DNA of 64,000 nt. It comes from Octopus vulgaris (lineage: Eukaryota). The notes under the pieces were generated by a model, which saw only the letters and a program-made list of their open reading frames with translations, did not search any database and was not told the DNA's origin. The stretch covers positions 4,898,001 to 4,962,000 of the forward strand of contig OX597819.1 of NCBI GenBank assembly GCA_951406725.2. The letters run 5' to 3'. The position numbers and the translations under genes were made by a program. Shown here one piece after another: positions 1-12,111 of this stretch. Each line of letters opens with the position of its first letter. Positions within the stretch are counted from its first letter, which is position 1.

Positions 1-29
1 TATAATGTGTGTGTATTATAGATGCATAC

Positions 30-71
<42 letters not shown>

Positions 72-172
72 TTACATACAATATATATATGTTATATACA
101 TCTACATGTATATGTATGTATGAATATATAAGAACCACAGAATTTGAATCAAACTGTTTTGATCCATACATA

Positions 173-206
<34 letters not shown>

Positions 207-208
<2 letters not shown>

Positions 209-400
209 AACACTACCATCCATGAGACATCCTAACATAATCAATGCTACTACTACTATCATCATCATTATCATCATCATCCACTGCCGCCACCACCACC
301 ACCACCACCACCTCTACAAAAACACCAACACTATAATTGCTGCCATCATACACATCCACTGTCACCACTACCACCACTGCCATGATAACGACATCTACCA
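207..400. repeat. CAC/CAT-rich unclassified repeat; inverted copy at 28357-28535
   Basis: CATCCATGAGACATCCTAACATAATCAATGCTACTACTACTATCATC...CTGCCATGATAAC is the reverse complement of 28357-28535. Confidence 0.8.
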
Positions 401-924
401 CAGCTGTTTGCTTACTGCTTACCCACTCACAAAATAGCTATCTACGTCACATTAACACTATGCAGCTAATAATTTCAAATGAAAACAGACAATACAATTG
501 GTTAAGGATAGAATAAGTACTGGGCTTACAAAAAGAATAAGTCCTGGGGTCGAGTTGCTCGATTAAAGGCGATGCTCCAGCATGGCCGCGGTCAAGAGTA
601 ACATTAAAAGTAAAATATGTTTTATATGACACATTAGGGTTAGGGTTAGTGTCCGAAGGTTGAAAGTGTTTAGTTACAAAAAATATATTTCTCGATCTGC
701 CGTTGAAAGGGTAAAGATCGCTTATATTATTTATTTAAACCCTTTACAAACTAGAAGGGTTATGGGTCAAGAGGAAAATACATCAATCAAATGTTGGGAA
801 GGCCATCGGTTGAATAAAACAACATTGTTCCTCAACAGAACAATAAGGCTCTATAGTTAGGGGGAAATTTACCCATTCAGTTTCAAAACTCAGGTGGAGC
901 CAAAAGAGGTCTCTACACATACAT

Positions 925-971
<47 letters not shown>

Positions 972-1039
972 TATATCCAGACAACTTCAGCCTTATATAT
1001 TTATATATTTATATATTTATATATATATATATATATGTA

Positions 1040-1886
1040 CTAGCAGAATTGCCCGGCGTTGCTCGGGGCTGAATTGCTTGAAAGTACTGTTAATGATTGC
1101 ACTGAATTATGATGATTATTCAGGCAAATATTGATATAATTTTACGGTGGGAGATAAGGACTTAACGATCAAACGTGTGCCATTGCATTGTTTTGGGGGA
1201 ACCAAATTTCTGATGAGCATTATAGGGGCACCAACTTTAAGTTTGAGAAAGTGTGGTGGTAGTCCGGGGTGCTCAAAGGAATTGAGTACCTCTATTGGAT
1301 AGTTGATGACGTCCTCTGGGTCAGGAGTTGTATCGATAGACTGATATACATAGACTTCCCCAGGAATGAGTTTTAGCATTTCATCATTAATATGGTGAAC
1401 AGTTTTATTCCTCGGGGCCAGTATAGCCTTTTTGCCAATCCAATCCATATTCTGATAATTAGCTTGTAGATCTGGGAACACTGCATCTCTGAGATCAGGA
1501 GGCGTCTTAACAATGGTACAAATGGAATCGATGGCAATATTACCATTTTCACACCCTGGTATTTTGCCTTCGCCAAGTGCAAGGAGGGTGTGAGGAAATG
1601 CTGCTGATGTGATATTACGTCGCATATGAGCACGCATATTGGTGTGAAGTTTGAGTGTTACTTCCCTTTATTTAAAAAAATATGCATTAAAATGGAAAAA
1701 AATGATGGTAAATTATTTTTAAAATCGTAGACTCATCATAGACGCGCGCTAATACCCAGAAGGGCTCGATATGAATCACGACTATAAGATACCTGGTTTT
1801 GGTTAAACTGCATCGCAAAATGTGGGAGTAGTTAGGAATCTAAATCGGAGTAGACAAACACACAACCTTTCTTTTATATATAAAGA
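1040..1886 (-). mobile_element. Non-autonomous Helitron (family A) carrying a PIF1 helicase fragment
   Basis: Minus strand begins TCTTTATATATAAAAG after an A and ends CCCGAGCAACGCCGGGC-AATTCTG-CTAG before a T (hairpin plus CTAG, A^T insertion). Confidence 0.92.
1116..1637 (-). pseudogene. Helitron RepHel PIF1-like helicase fragment
   Basis: AILAPRNKTVHHIN...YPIEVLNS...GLPPHFLKLKVGAPIMLIRNL...CNGTRLIV, the C-terminal motifs of PIF1 helicases. Confidence 0.9.
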
Positions 1887-1889
1887 TTT

Positions 1890-2249
1890 TCGTCCGTCCT
1901 AAAAAACTTTGTGCGGAGTCAATGGTTACCTCTATGGAAATATATACACACACATTATACATACATGTGTGTATAGATGAATATATAAATACATTTAAAT
2001 ATCTATATACATTTTTGGGCGATCTTTCTGCTACTTGGATATACTTTAGATCTTATATTCGTCCAATTCGTCCTAAATAACTTTGTATGGAGTGAATGGT
2101 TACCTCTATGGAAATATATACACACACATTATACATACATGTGTGTGTCTATATACACTTTTGGGCGACTGCTACTTAGAGATAACTTTAGATGTTAGGT
2201 GATCTAGCAAAAAGGATGACCAGTTTGACTTGCTCATCCCTGTCACACA

Positions 2250-2285
<36 letters not shown>

Positions 2286-2655
2286 AGCTTACAATTTTAT
2301 TTATATATTTGCGTGTCTATGTGTGTAAAGAGGAAGTGGGAGTAATATGCAGAGTGAAATGTTAAAATATTGAGTTTTCTCGAATTTTGTCTTAATTGGG
2401 GGTAAAATTGAAAGAAATTTTGTATGGCATGGAAGTACTTTGAAAAATCATGGGTAAACTCTAATTGAAGAAATTGTGTAAGGAGTAAATCGTTATGTAT
2501 TTATTTGTTTATGTTTGCTGTGTTTTTTTTTTAGTAGTGGTTTAAGGTACACTTCTCTCGTTTTATAGAAATAGTTTCACTTTAATCGTTGCACACTTGC
2601 AAAGAGAAAGGAGTAAAAATTAGAGTGATAGCGTGAGTGAATCAGATCGCTCCGT

Positions 2656-2698
<43 letters not shown>

Positions 2699-2920
2699 GC
2701 TCTAGCCCACAATAAGAAAAGCACTTGACTTACACACCACAATGTGAGTTTTCTCTAAATTTTGCTTAATTGGGGTTGAAATTTTAAAAACTGGACCTGG
2801 CATGACCCGATGCATTCTACTCTTAAAAATGCTAGGTAAATTGTAATTGAAGAAATCCTATATTGTAGATTTCTATAAGAGACAAAGGGAGGCAGATAAA
2901 ATCTGCCTTTTATAATAAGA
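1890..2920 (-). mobile_element. Helitron-like family B segment, including an approx. 180-bp tandem duplication at about 1890-2200
   Basis: 5' end TCTTATTATAAAAGGCAGATTTTATCTGCC; homologous to 3740-4483 and 5963-6278. Confidence 0.6.
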
Positions 2921-3316
2921 CTAGCAGTATCGCCCGGCGTTGCTCGGGTTGTAAGGGAAATAACTATATAAGCATTTTTAGAGAGTTATAGCCGAAAAAT
3001 AGCAAAAAAATGCATTAAAAATTGAAAAAAAATTAAGGTAAATTTTTTTTAAAACGTTGACACATCGTAGATATTTTTAGAGAGTTACTTCCCTTATATA
3101 AAAGCGAAAAAAATGCATTAAAATGGAAAAATATGATGGTAAATTTTTTTAAATCGTAGACTCATCGTAGACGCACGCTAATACCCAGAAGGGCTCGATA
3201 TGAATCACGACTATAAGATACCCGCTTTTGGTTAAACTGCACCGCAAAATGTGGGAGTAGTTAGGAATCTAAATCGTAGGAGACAGACACCACACAACTT
3301 CACTCTTATATAAAGA
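2921..3316 (-). mobile_element. Non-autonomous Helitron family A
   Basis: 5' TCTTTATATA; 3' hairpin CCCGAGCAACGCCGGG then ATACTGCTAG. Confidence 0.9.
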
Positions 3317-3739
3317 TGCTTTTTTTTTTCAGTCATAGAGTTAGATTTATGAAGGTCTTCAGTAGAAAATCCTTCGAATTCTGACTCGCTGCTTGATATA
3401 ATGAAATTCGTATCCATTTTTTGTCAGAATTACAAATTTTGAAAACACAATAGGAACAAATTTCGGAAAAAAATCTCCCATAATTCACGGAATTAAAATT
3501 ACACTTCGATTTTTGTACAAAACTGTAGTTGAAGTGTTTACGAAGTATAATACGTGTTTTCACGAATGTACTAAAGAGATTTGCTCTGATATTCTCATTT
3601 AAATATGAATAGGTAAATTCGGGCGGCTTGGTAACTATATATAAGTGTCGTCTGTTTATACATAAACACTGTTTCATACTGCAATTATATATACATATAT
3701 CTATATATAATATTATATAATAAAATATATACAGAGTAA

Positions 3740-4483
3740 AATAAAAACCAATTTACCTTTTCTGTCCGTCCGTGTGTCTTTGCAAATGTGTTGGAATGAT
3801 AAGTGAGTTGAGTTTTGGCGCCTTTTTTACTAATAACAAACACACACGCGTTTTATGTAGTTGTATGTGTATGTAGTTGTATGTAGTTGTATATGTATGT
3901 GTATGCGTGTGTGTGAGGAATGACACACACACACTCACGCACGCACACATGTACATCAATGCTTTCGGAGTGATATGTTAAAATATTGAGTTTTCTCGAA
4001 TTTTGTCTTAATTGGTGGTAAAATTGAAAGAAATTTTTTATGGCATCACCCACTGAAGTACTCTGAAAAATCTTAGGTAAATTCTAATTGAAGAAATTGT
4101 GTGAGGAGTAAATGGTTATGTATTTATTTGTTTCTGTTTGCTGTGTTTTTTTATTTTTTGAGTAGTGGTTTAAATACTTTCAGTTTAGTCTTCCTCAAAT
4201 CACTCTGTCGCTATTTACTTTCATTTTATTCGTTGCACACTGTGTGTGTGCGTTTGCGTGTGGTGTAAACCAGACTAAGAAAAGCATTTGACACACACAC
4301 CAGAATGTGAGTTTTCTGTAAATTTTGCTTAATTGGAGTTTAAATTTTAAAAACTGGACCTGGCATGACGCGATGCATTGTACTCTTAAAAATGCTAGGT
4401 AAATTGTAATTGAAGAAATCCTATATTGTAGATTTCTATAACTCCCAAAGGGAGGCAGATAAAATCTGCCTTTTATAATAAGA
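3740..4483 (-). mobile_element. Helitron-like family B segment
   Basis: Same 5' end and body as 2290-2920. Confidence 0.6.
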
Positions 4484-5118
4484 CTAGCAGTATCGCCCGG
4501 CGTTGCTCGGGTTTGTAAGGGAAATAACTATATAAGCATTTTTAGAGAGTTATAGCAAAAAATAGCAAAAAATGCATTAAAAATGGAAAAAATATGATGG
4601 TAAATTTTTTTTTAAATCGTTGACTCATCGTAGACATTTTTAGAGAGTTACTTCCCTTATATAATAGCGAAAAAATGCATTAAAATGGAAAAAAAACGAA
4701 GGTAATTTTTTTTTAAATCGTAGACTCATGTAGACGCTTTCTTAGCCATTTCTGTTTTGGTGTCTTCAAGCCATGAAGTCGTTGTTCTAAAAGAACACTG
4801 GTCTCCTTGACAACGCATTACGACGTTGATTTCCTTACACTCCCTTCCCCACAGGTGCAGGTGTGAGCGTGGACGCCAACTCCGCCGCCATCGACACACG
4901 AAAAATTATGCATTAAAATGGAATAAAAAATTATGTTAAATTATTTTTAAAATCGTAGACTCATCGTAGACGCGCGCTAATATTCAGACGGGCTCGATAT
5001 GAATCACGACTATAAGCTACCCGAATTTGGTTAAACTGTACCGCAAAATGTGGGAGTAGTTAGGAATCTAAATCGAAGGGGACAGACACTCACACAACTA
5101 CAGTTTTATATATATAGA
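4484..5118 (-). mobile_element. Non-autonomous Helitron family A, longer variant with an internal 4737-4900 insert
   Basis: TCTATATATATAAAA 5' end; CTAG 3' end with hairpin. Confidence 0.9.
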
Positions 5119-5159
5119 TATACATAGCGCAGTAGTGGTGAGATATGACAGCAAAGAAA

Positions 5160-5545
5160 AGCATACATTCACTCTCTGCATGCAATTAGACTCGGAAAGT
5201 TCGTGAGGAACCCATTGACCCAATTTGCTGACTTTTCCGATAGCACACAGGTCTCAATGAATGGTTGAATGACCAAATCCAAGCTTCTCTGCTAGTTCCT
5301 CGACAGTTACGATGAGATTTTGTTCCACCAGGGTTTTCAGGATGTCCTTGTCGAGTTCTACAGATCTTTCAGGATGAGGCTCGTCTTCTAGGCTGTAGTT
5401 TATGGCTCGAGATTTCTGGAACCACCATTGACACTGCCTTACGCTTATTGTCCAATCCCCATATACTGCATTAATATTTCTTGTACTTTGCACACATTTA
5501 TATTCTGTTATTCTTTTATATGTTTCAGCCTTGAGGTTGTGGCCA
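5160..5545 (-). pseudogene. Mariner transposase N-terminal (HTH) fragment
   Basis: RNINAVYG...WFQK...SLEDEPHPERSVELD...TVEELAEKLG, then QWVPHEL at about 5200-5220. Confidence 0.85.
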
Positions 5546-5553
5546 TGCTGGAT

Positions 5554-5556
<3 letters not shown>

Positions 5557-5595
<39 letters not shown>

Positions 5596-5860
5596 TATCT
5601 GTATGTATATATGTATATGTATGTGTGTGAACAATAATATTTTCAACAGATGTGTTGCAAATGTATCTGATTGTTCTCAAGCTTCAATACTGTGTGTGTG
5701 TGTATGTGTGTGTGTGTGTATGTATGTATGTATATGTATGTATGTATGTATATGTGTATGTATGTATGTATGTGTGTATGTATGTGTGTGTGTGTATGTA
5801 TGTATGTATGTATGTATGTATGTATGTATGTATGTATGTATGTATGTATGTATGAGTGTA
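5557..5860. repeat. (TG)n/(TATG)n microsatellites
   Basis: Directly visible. Confidence 0.95.
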
Positions 5861-5962
5861 TGTTTACTTTATTACTAATTACTCTCTTCCAAGAACATTT
5901 TCACTCACTCTTAGCTCTTAGCTTCCCATACATTTTACTCATGTATCTATCAGCGTCATAGA

Positions 5963-6277
5963 CAGAATACTTTCACTTTAGTCTTCCTCAAATCACTCTG
6001 TCGCTATTTACTTTCATTTTATTCGTTGCCCACTGTGTGTGTGCGTTTGCGTGTGGTGTAAACCAGACTAAGAAAAGCATTTGACACACACACCAGAATG
6101 TGAGTTTTCTGTAAATTTTGCTTAATTGGAGTTTAAATTTTAAAAACTGGACCTGGCATGACGCGATGCATTGTACTCTTAAAAATGCAAGGTAAATTGT
6201 AATTGAAGAAATCCTATATTGTAGATTTGTATAACTCCCAAAGGGAGGCAGATAAAATCTGCCTTTTATAATAAGAG

Positions 6278-6278
<1 letters not shown>
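5963..6278 (-). mobile_element. Helitron-like family B 5' fragment
   Basis: Near-identical to about 4175-4483. Confidence 0.6.
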
Positions 6279-6344
<66 letters not shown>

Positions 6345-6714
6345 GCTTGGATCGCTTTCAATGCCACTACGTCCTGTCCGATTCGCTCCAAAATTTACAG
6401 GGACATGTAGAAATAGGTGACGAAGCTCCTGGGCTACCTTAGAAATCCCTATCTTAAAAGGTGTGGTTGCTAGGGGGCCATCTTCCTCACTCACGCTATT
6501 TCCTCCAGTACCCTCTCACTCCCCTTTATGTATAACTTTGATAGTTCCACTACCGTTATTTAAAGTATCTGTCACTCTCGCTATTTCCTCTCTTTTTCAC
6601 TCACTCTGTTTCTTACCTTCCCATTACATCGGCGTTCTTTTACGTATCTGTCTGTCACCAACAACACACGAGCATGAGAACAAATATTATGAATCAGATA
6701 TTCTTGCGTTCATT

Positions 6715-6895
6715 TATATGTATGTGTGTGTTCTATATATAAATATGTATATATAATGTATGTGTGTGTGTGTGTGTTCTTTATATGAATATGTATATAT
6801 AATGTATGTGTGTGTGTGTTCTATATATAAATATGTATATATAATGTATGTGTGTGTGTTCTATATATAAATATGTATATATAATGTATATATAC
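6715..6895. repeat. Approx. 40-bp minisatellite (ATGTATGTGTGTGTGTTCTATATATAAATATGTATATATA), about 4 copies
   Basis: Tandem copies visible. Confidence 0.85.
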
Positions 6896-8371
6896 AAAGT
6901 GTATATATCTGTAGTTATGTATATTAAACTTTCTCATACTTTTTCATAGTTATATATATTTTTAAACAAATTATAAATATAATTTAATAATTTTTATTTT
7001 CAATTTAAATTAAATTTTTCAATTTTATATTTTCTATATTATATTTTTTTTTTATGTTTTTGTTTTTGTTTTTTCACTGTTTGATTTGCCTAAAAATTCC
7101 ATTTTTCACTTTTATGATTATACCCAGAGTGCTCTAATCGAATATGAACTGTCTTCCCATTGGCGGACGTTTGTCTTTTTTATTTTTGAAACGAACACAT
7201 TGCCTCTTTCGTTTTAAAACAATAAAACAATACTACCTTAATACATTGGTCCAACAAACAAAACATCACCCACTCTCATTCTTTTATGTATCTGAGAATG
7301 TGTGTGTCTGTCTGTGTGTTTCCCTAAAACTTGAGAACTACACAACCAATTTCATTCAAATTTTACACATGCCTTCCTTAGGGTATAAGGAGTGTGTTGA
7401 GCTGGGCTCTGGGCGCCATTGGGCTCACTGTTGTCCGCGGCTACGAGACAACAGTGAGCGCTATGGCGACCAGAGCTGAGCTGAGCTGAGCTGAGCTCGG
7501 CTTTTGAAGGAGAGGAAGAAGAATCTTAATTCATAGAGAACTATAGCGTGAAGGCAGAATATAAAAAAAAAAAACTCTTCCTCAGATGTTGGCAATTTTA
7601 CTTGCTCCGCATTGCGAAAAGATGCGTCTTCGTCAAAGCAATTGCTCCCCCAAACCAAATTATATAAAATTTGAGATACGTGGAACGTCAAAGCTGTTAA
7701 CAAAATCAGGACAGTCAAAATTTTCGCTAAGGGCTGTTTAACCCTAACGAGGTGACGTGGTGAACGCTGGAGAAAGAAAGCTTTGTCAAGAGACAGACGG
7801 GAGTGCATGAAGGAAAAGAAAAAGAAATATATTTAGAAATAGATCTATAGTTATTGAGGACAGAATTTCTGTTAGAAATAGAGAACTATGAATATTGAAT
7901 TATGCATAAAGCGCTGACTTACATTCGGGGCTTCCAATTTCTCTGTAAAATATAAGATAGTCGCAAAATCATTGCACATGTCACCATCGATTACAAACGC
8001 CGGTGGAAGATAAACGTTCCAGAGGACATTCTTGTTCTTTCGTTCGTACAAGGATCGTATTATGTTTCGGCTTAAAATAAATTATAGATACAAATATAAT
8101 GTATAGAAATATATAAAAACCAGAATAGAAAATAAACGTCTTAGGCATATAAAATGAGATAACATGAGATATCAAGGTGTTATAAACTTGAAACTTACTA
8201 GAATATCATAGATTATATATATCAAGTCATCCAGTCAGTTCTGTCCAATTTTACCTGTTTTTTAGAGTTGAATGAAATTTAATAGTATTTGCAAATGTCT
8301 AATTCAATTAAAAATTATTTTTATGCATTTGTGTACGTTTAAACTAATTCAATATTGTTTTACAAAATAAT

Positions 8372-9682
8372 AGACGGTGTCCACAAAGTCTGCGTACATG
8401 GGAATTAACACATACTTTTAAAACAAATCAATTTTATTTAATTATAATAAATAATATTTTCAAAGTGATTTCCATCATTTTCAATGCATAACTTGATGCG
8501 CCTTGCAAAATTCAGGTGAACTTGATTAAATAAGTCTACATTGCCATCAATTTAAGCACACTGACTGGTAATGCGTTCTCTCATGTGTTTTAAATCTGTA
8601 ATCTTTATTGAGTAAACTTTCTCTTTCAACATACCACAGAAAAAGAAATCAAGGGGAGAAAGGTCTGGTGAACGAGGGGACCATTCCATATGACCCCTTC
8701 TTCCAATCTAGTGAGGAGGAAAAGTGTCATTAAATCAATCTCTAACAGTTGTGGCAAAATGGGTAGGGGCCCCATCCTGCTGAAACCAATTCGGAAGGTC
8801 CTCGCCTAGGCGCTCAATTTAAGATATTAATTTGTCTCTCAATATATTTGCATAAGTCTCATCCGTTACATGTTCAATGAAGAAGGGTCCTAGAACATGA
8901 GCTTTCCAAAAACCACACCACACCATCACCTTTTTGCTGTCTTGCTGTTTGGATAGATCCATCCATGTGGATTACCTCGAGACCAGTATAGAAGATTCGG
9001 TCTGTTGACCTCACCATTTACATAAAACGTAGCTTTGTCACTGAACAACAAAGTTTTTCGTAAAATTGATATTTTCATCCAATTTATTCGTCTATCAGGA
9101 TCGTCTTCATTTAAGTGATGCAATATCTGTAGGTTGTATCGATGAAACTTTTCCTCAACCAGCATTTTGTGGATGGTTGGTTTTGGAACACCTAACACCG
9201 TAGATGTCCGACGAAGTGATTTTTGGGGGCTAGCTAGCAGAAACTTTAGCCTCGACAGCCTCTTTAGTTTCATCTGAAGTCTTTGGTCGCCCGGAACGGG
9301 GTTTATCCGAAACACTGCCTGTTTCCTTAAATTTCTTGATCAATTTCCTGACGGCAGTAAAATAAATAGGTTGCCTACAAGGGTGTGGAAGATTAAATTC
9401 TTCCGCAATTTTGCGATAAGACCATCCCTCTCGTCCACTTAATAATACTAACTCGATTCTTTCTTCTTTAGACAGATTCATCATTCGATCTGGGATTCTT
9501 TCTTCTTTAGACAGAGCCATCATTCGATCATCTGTAGAAAAAATAACAAATAAATTTAGAAAAGTAAAGTATTTTTTTAAATTTAATTTAAACAAAAGTA
9601 AAAAAGGAAAATTATTATTTCTTATATTTATTTGTTTATGTTATGATTTTATTCCATAAACCCAGACTTCGTGGACACCCTA
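8372..9682 (-). mobile_element. Tc1/mariner superfamily transposon, rosa (DD41D) type, pseudogenised
   Basis: TIRs GGTGTCCACAAAGTCTGCGT / ACCCAGACTTCGTGGACACC. Transposase motifs KFKETGSV..KPRSGRP, FSDKATF and WFQQDGAP...WSPRSPDLSPLDFF, with 41 residues counted between the last two catalytic Asp. In-frame stops present. Confidence 0.9.
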
Positions 9683-9699
9683 AAATTGCTTTGATTAAA

Positions 9700-10782
9700 A
9701 CCCTTTCAACATGGAAGTATCCAAGGAGAATTTAAGGCACATATAATTCTTTATGAGTACAATAAAGGTAACTCTGATGCCGAAGTGACTCGAAACATAC
9801 ACTCAGTTTATAGCAAAGTGCTCGAATGAAAGAACTTGCAGGAGATCGTCTGCAAAATTGAAGATGAATATCGAACAGGATGTCCAGTTGAGTTTGACAA
9901 GCTCCTTGAGGCATTACTTGAAGAAAATCCGTCATTATCAGTTGAAGAATTGACAATAAAGCTTACTTCAAACCATACAACAGTTCATCGTCATCTTCAA
10001 CAACGTGGAAAGGTTCCTAAACTTGGAAAATAGGTGCCTTATGTATTGTCCGAAAGCAACCGCAAATCCCGAGTTGGCATCTGCTCTTCTCTCCATTCTC
10101 GCAAACTCATTTCACCCTTTTTCGATAGACTTGTGATGAAAAATGGATTTTCTATCGAAATGTTAGACGTCGTAAACAGTGGCTTGGTAAAAGGGAAAAT
10201 TCTCAACCACAACCGAGAAGGGAACTTCATGGGAAAAAGGTTCTACTCTCTATCTGGTGCGATTGCAAAGGCGTAATTCACTTTATATTGTTACCACCTA
10301 ATGCAACAATCAATGCTCAAGTCTACTGTCAGCAATTAGAGCGTTTGAACCAAGCTTTGAAGGAAAAAAGGGCCGCTTTAGTGAGTCGAAAACGAGTGAT
10401 GTTTCATCAGGACAATGCGCAACCCCACACTGCAAAGATCACATCACAGAAGATCAAAGGGGTCGGTTTGGAAAAATTTCTTCATCCAACTTATTCTCCC
10501 GACCTTACTCCTTCAGGATACCATTTGTTTCATAGTTTACAGAATTAGTAGGGGGATACAACTTTCGCAAGCCAGGGGGGAGGTCGAACCTGACATTTCA
10601 GAGTTCTTCGCTTTCAAACCAAAAGAGTTTTACGTTGATGGGATTAAAAAGCTAGTAAATAGATGGAGGTAAGTCATAGATGATTAGGGAAAGTACATTG
10701 ATGATTAACTTTCAATTAAATATAACATTTGATCACTTGTATTCTTTATCCAAAATTCAGACAGAACTTATGGGATGACCTG
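9700..10782 (+). mobile_element. Mariner (DD34D) element, fragmented transposase
   Basis: LGK*VPYVLS, MFHQDNAQPH and HPTYSPDLTPSGYHLF motifs; right TIR-like CAGAACTTATGGGATGACCTGA. Confidence 0.88.
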
Positions 10783-11183
10783 AGATATATACACTGGCGA
10801 AAATATATTTAAGACAGACGATAAAAGTTCTATTTCTTACAAAATATTTTGTTACTAACACCATACAAATTATTTTTTATCTTTTACACCTTATGCAAAA
10901 TTTATTTCGCTTTCGAATGATGCAGACAATAACCATTTTTATACTACTTGAAGAATTCTAATGCTAAATATAATTTTAATGGAGATAACTTGCAGTATAT
11001 AGTACAACATTTTTGTCTCCGTATATGAGCTAAGTATTAATAAAATGTGGTATACGATAAAAATTTCGGATATTTGTCTTAAAACATTCAGACAAGAAAA
11101 TTCAGATGTAGCACATGAGGTATTATTCCATACGAATATCCACATATTTATATTAAGAATTTCATGATAAAAATATAGAAATA

Positions 11184-11666
11184 TTGGGTTGTCCGGAAAG
11201 TTCTTGCAGATTTATAGTAGCTTATCTTTCGACTTATTTTAGAACATGTTTGAGTCCATAAAATAGGATTTTACTACACCTCCATTTAGAGCACAGTTTA
11301 ATCTATCTTTTCGTGGAAGAAGGTTTATGTTCCAATAACCTGTGTTAATTCTGTAACCCTTTAAATTAAAAGATGAGAAAAATTCATTATCGGCATTTGA
11401 TGCTTTGGGAACCAGACAAAAATTGCTGCAGCTTGGCTGGGGTGACTTACCCCACCCTCCATATTCACCAGATATTACTCCTTCGGATTTCCACTTATTC
11501 AGGTCTCTGCAGAATAGTCTTAATGGTGAAAATTTCAATTCCTTAGATGACGTAAAAAGATACCTTGATGAATTATTCGCCTTGAAACCACCCCAATTCT
11601 TTGAAGAGTATTTAGTGACCATGTACTTTCCTTTAAAAATCGGAACGAACTTTCCGGACAACCCAA
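11184..11666 (+). mobile_element. Internally deleted mariner element with TIRs and TA TSD
   Basis: TA-TTGGGTTGTCCGGAAAGTTC ... GAACTTTCCGGACAACCCAA-TA; retains PHPPYSPDITPSDFHLFRSLQN. Confidence 0.93.
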
Positions 11667-12111
11667 TATAAACATAACAATGAAATACAAATAAAAACAT
11701 GAAAAATGAAAACCTAAATTGAAAGAGGCGATTAAATTTTTTTTCCTAACCTGCAGCCGTTTGTTGTACGAAGTATTCGAAATTCAGCCCTCCTTCCTCA
11801 GGGTTCCTATCTCGAGGTAAAATCCAGCAGAAGGCAGTAAGGCACTACATGGTTAGTATCCAAGTTATTTCTTTATTACCCACTAGGGGCGAACATAGAT
11901 GGGACAATACAATCTGATGATGGGGTCAGACACACGAATGGGTTTTACAAAAAAGCGAATTATAAAAATTTACAGAAATTTACAAAAATAGCAAGGAATC
12001 GAATGTTGGAACAGACCGGAAGACATTACGGGTGGAGTGGGTGCGGGTTTAGCTCTGACCCCACGAGCCCCGCCTCCCCACTGATACTTTTGGTTTCGTT
12101 TGGTTTTACAT

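Noticed and set aside
1116-1637. Host PIF1 helicase gene
   Set aside because: Partial, and enclosed by Helitron TC/CTAG termini.
6715-6895. Regularly spaced repeats resembling a CRISPR array
   Set aside because: Tandem minisatellite without unique spacers, no cas genes, eukaryotic context.
7473-7497. (GAGCT)5 resembling immunoglobulin switch pentamers
   Set aside because: Only five units; simple slippage in an invertebrate-like genome.
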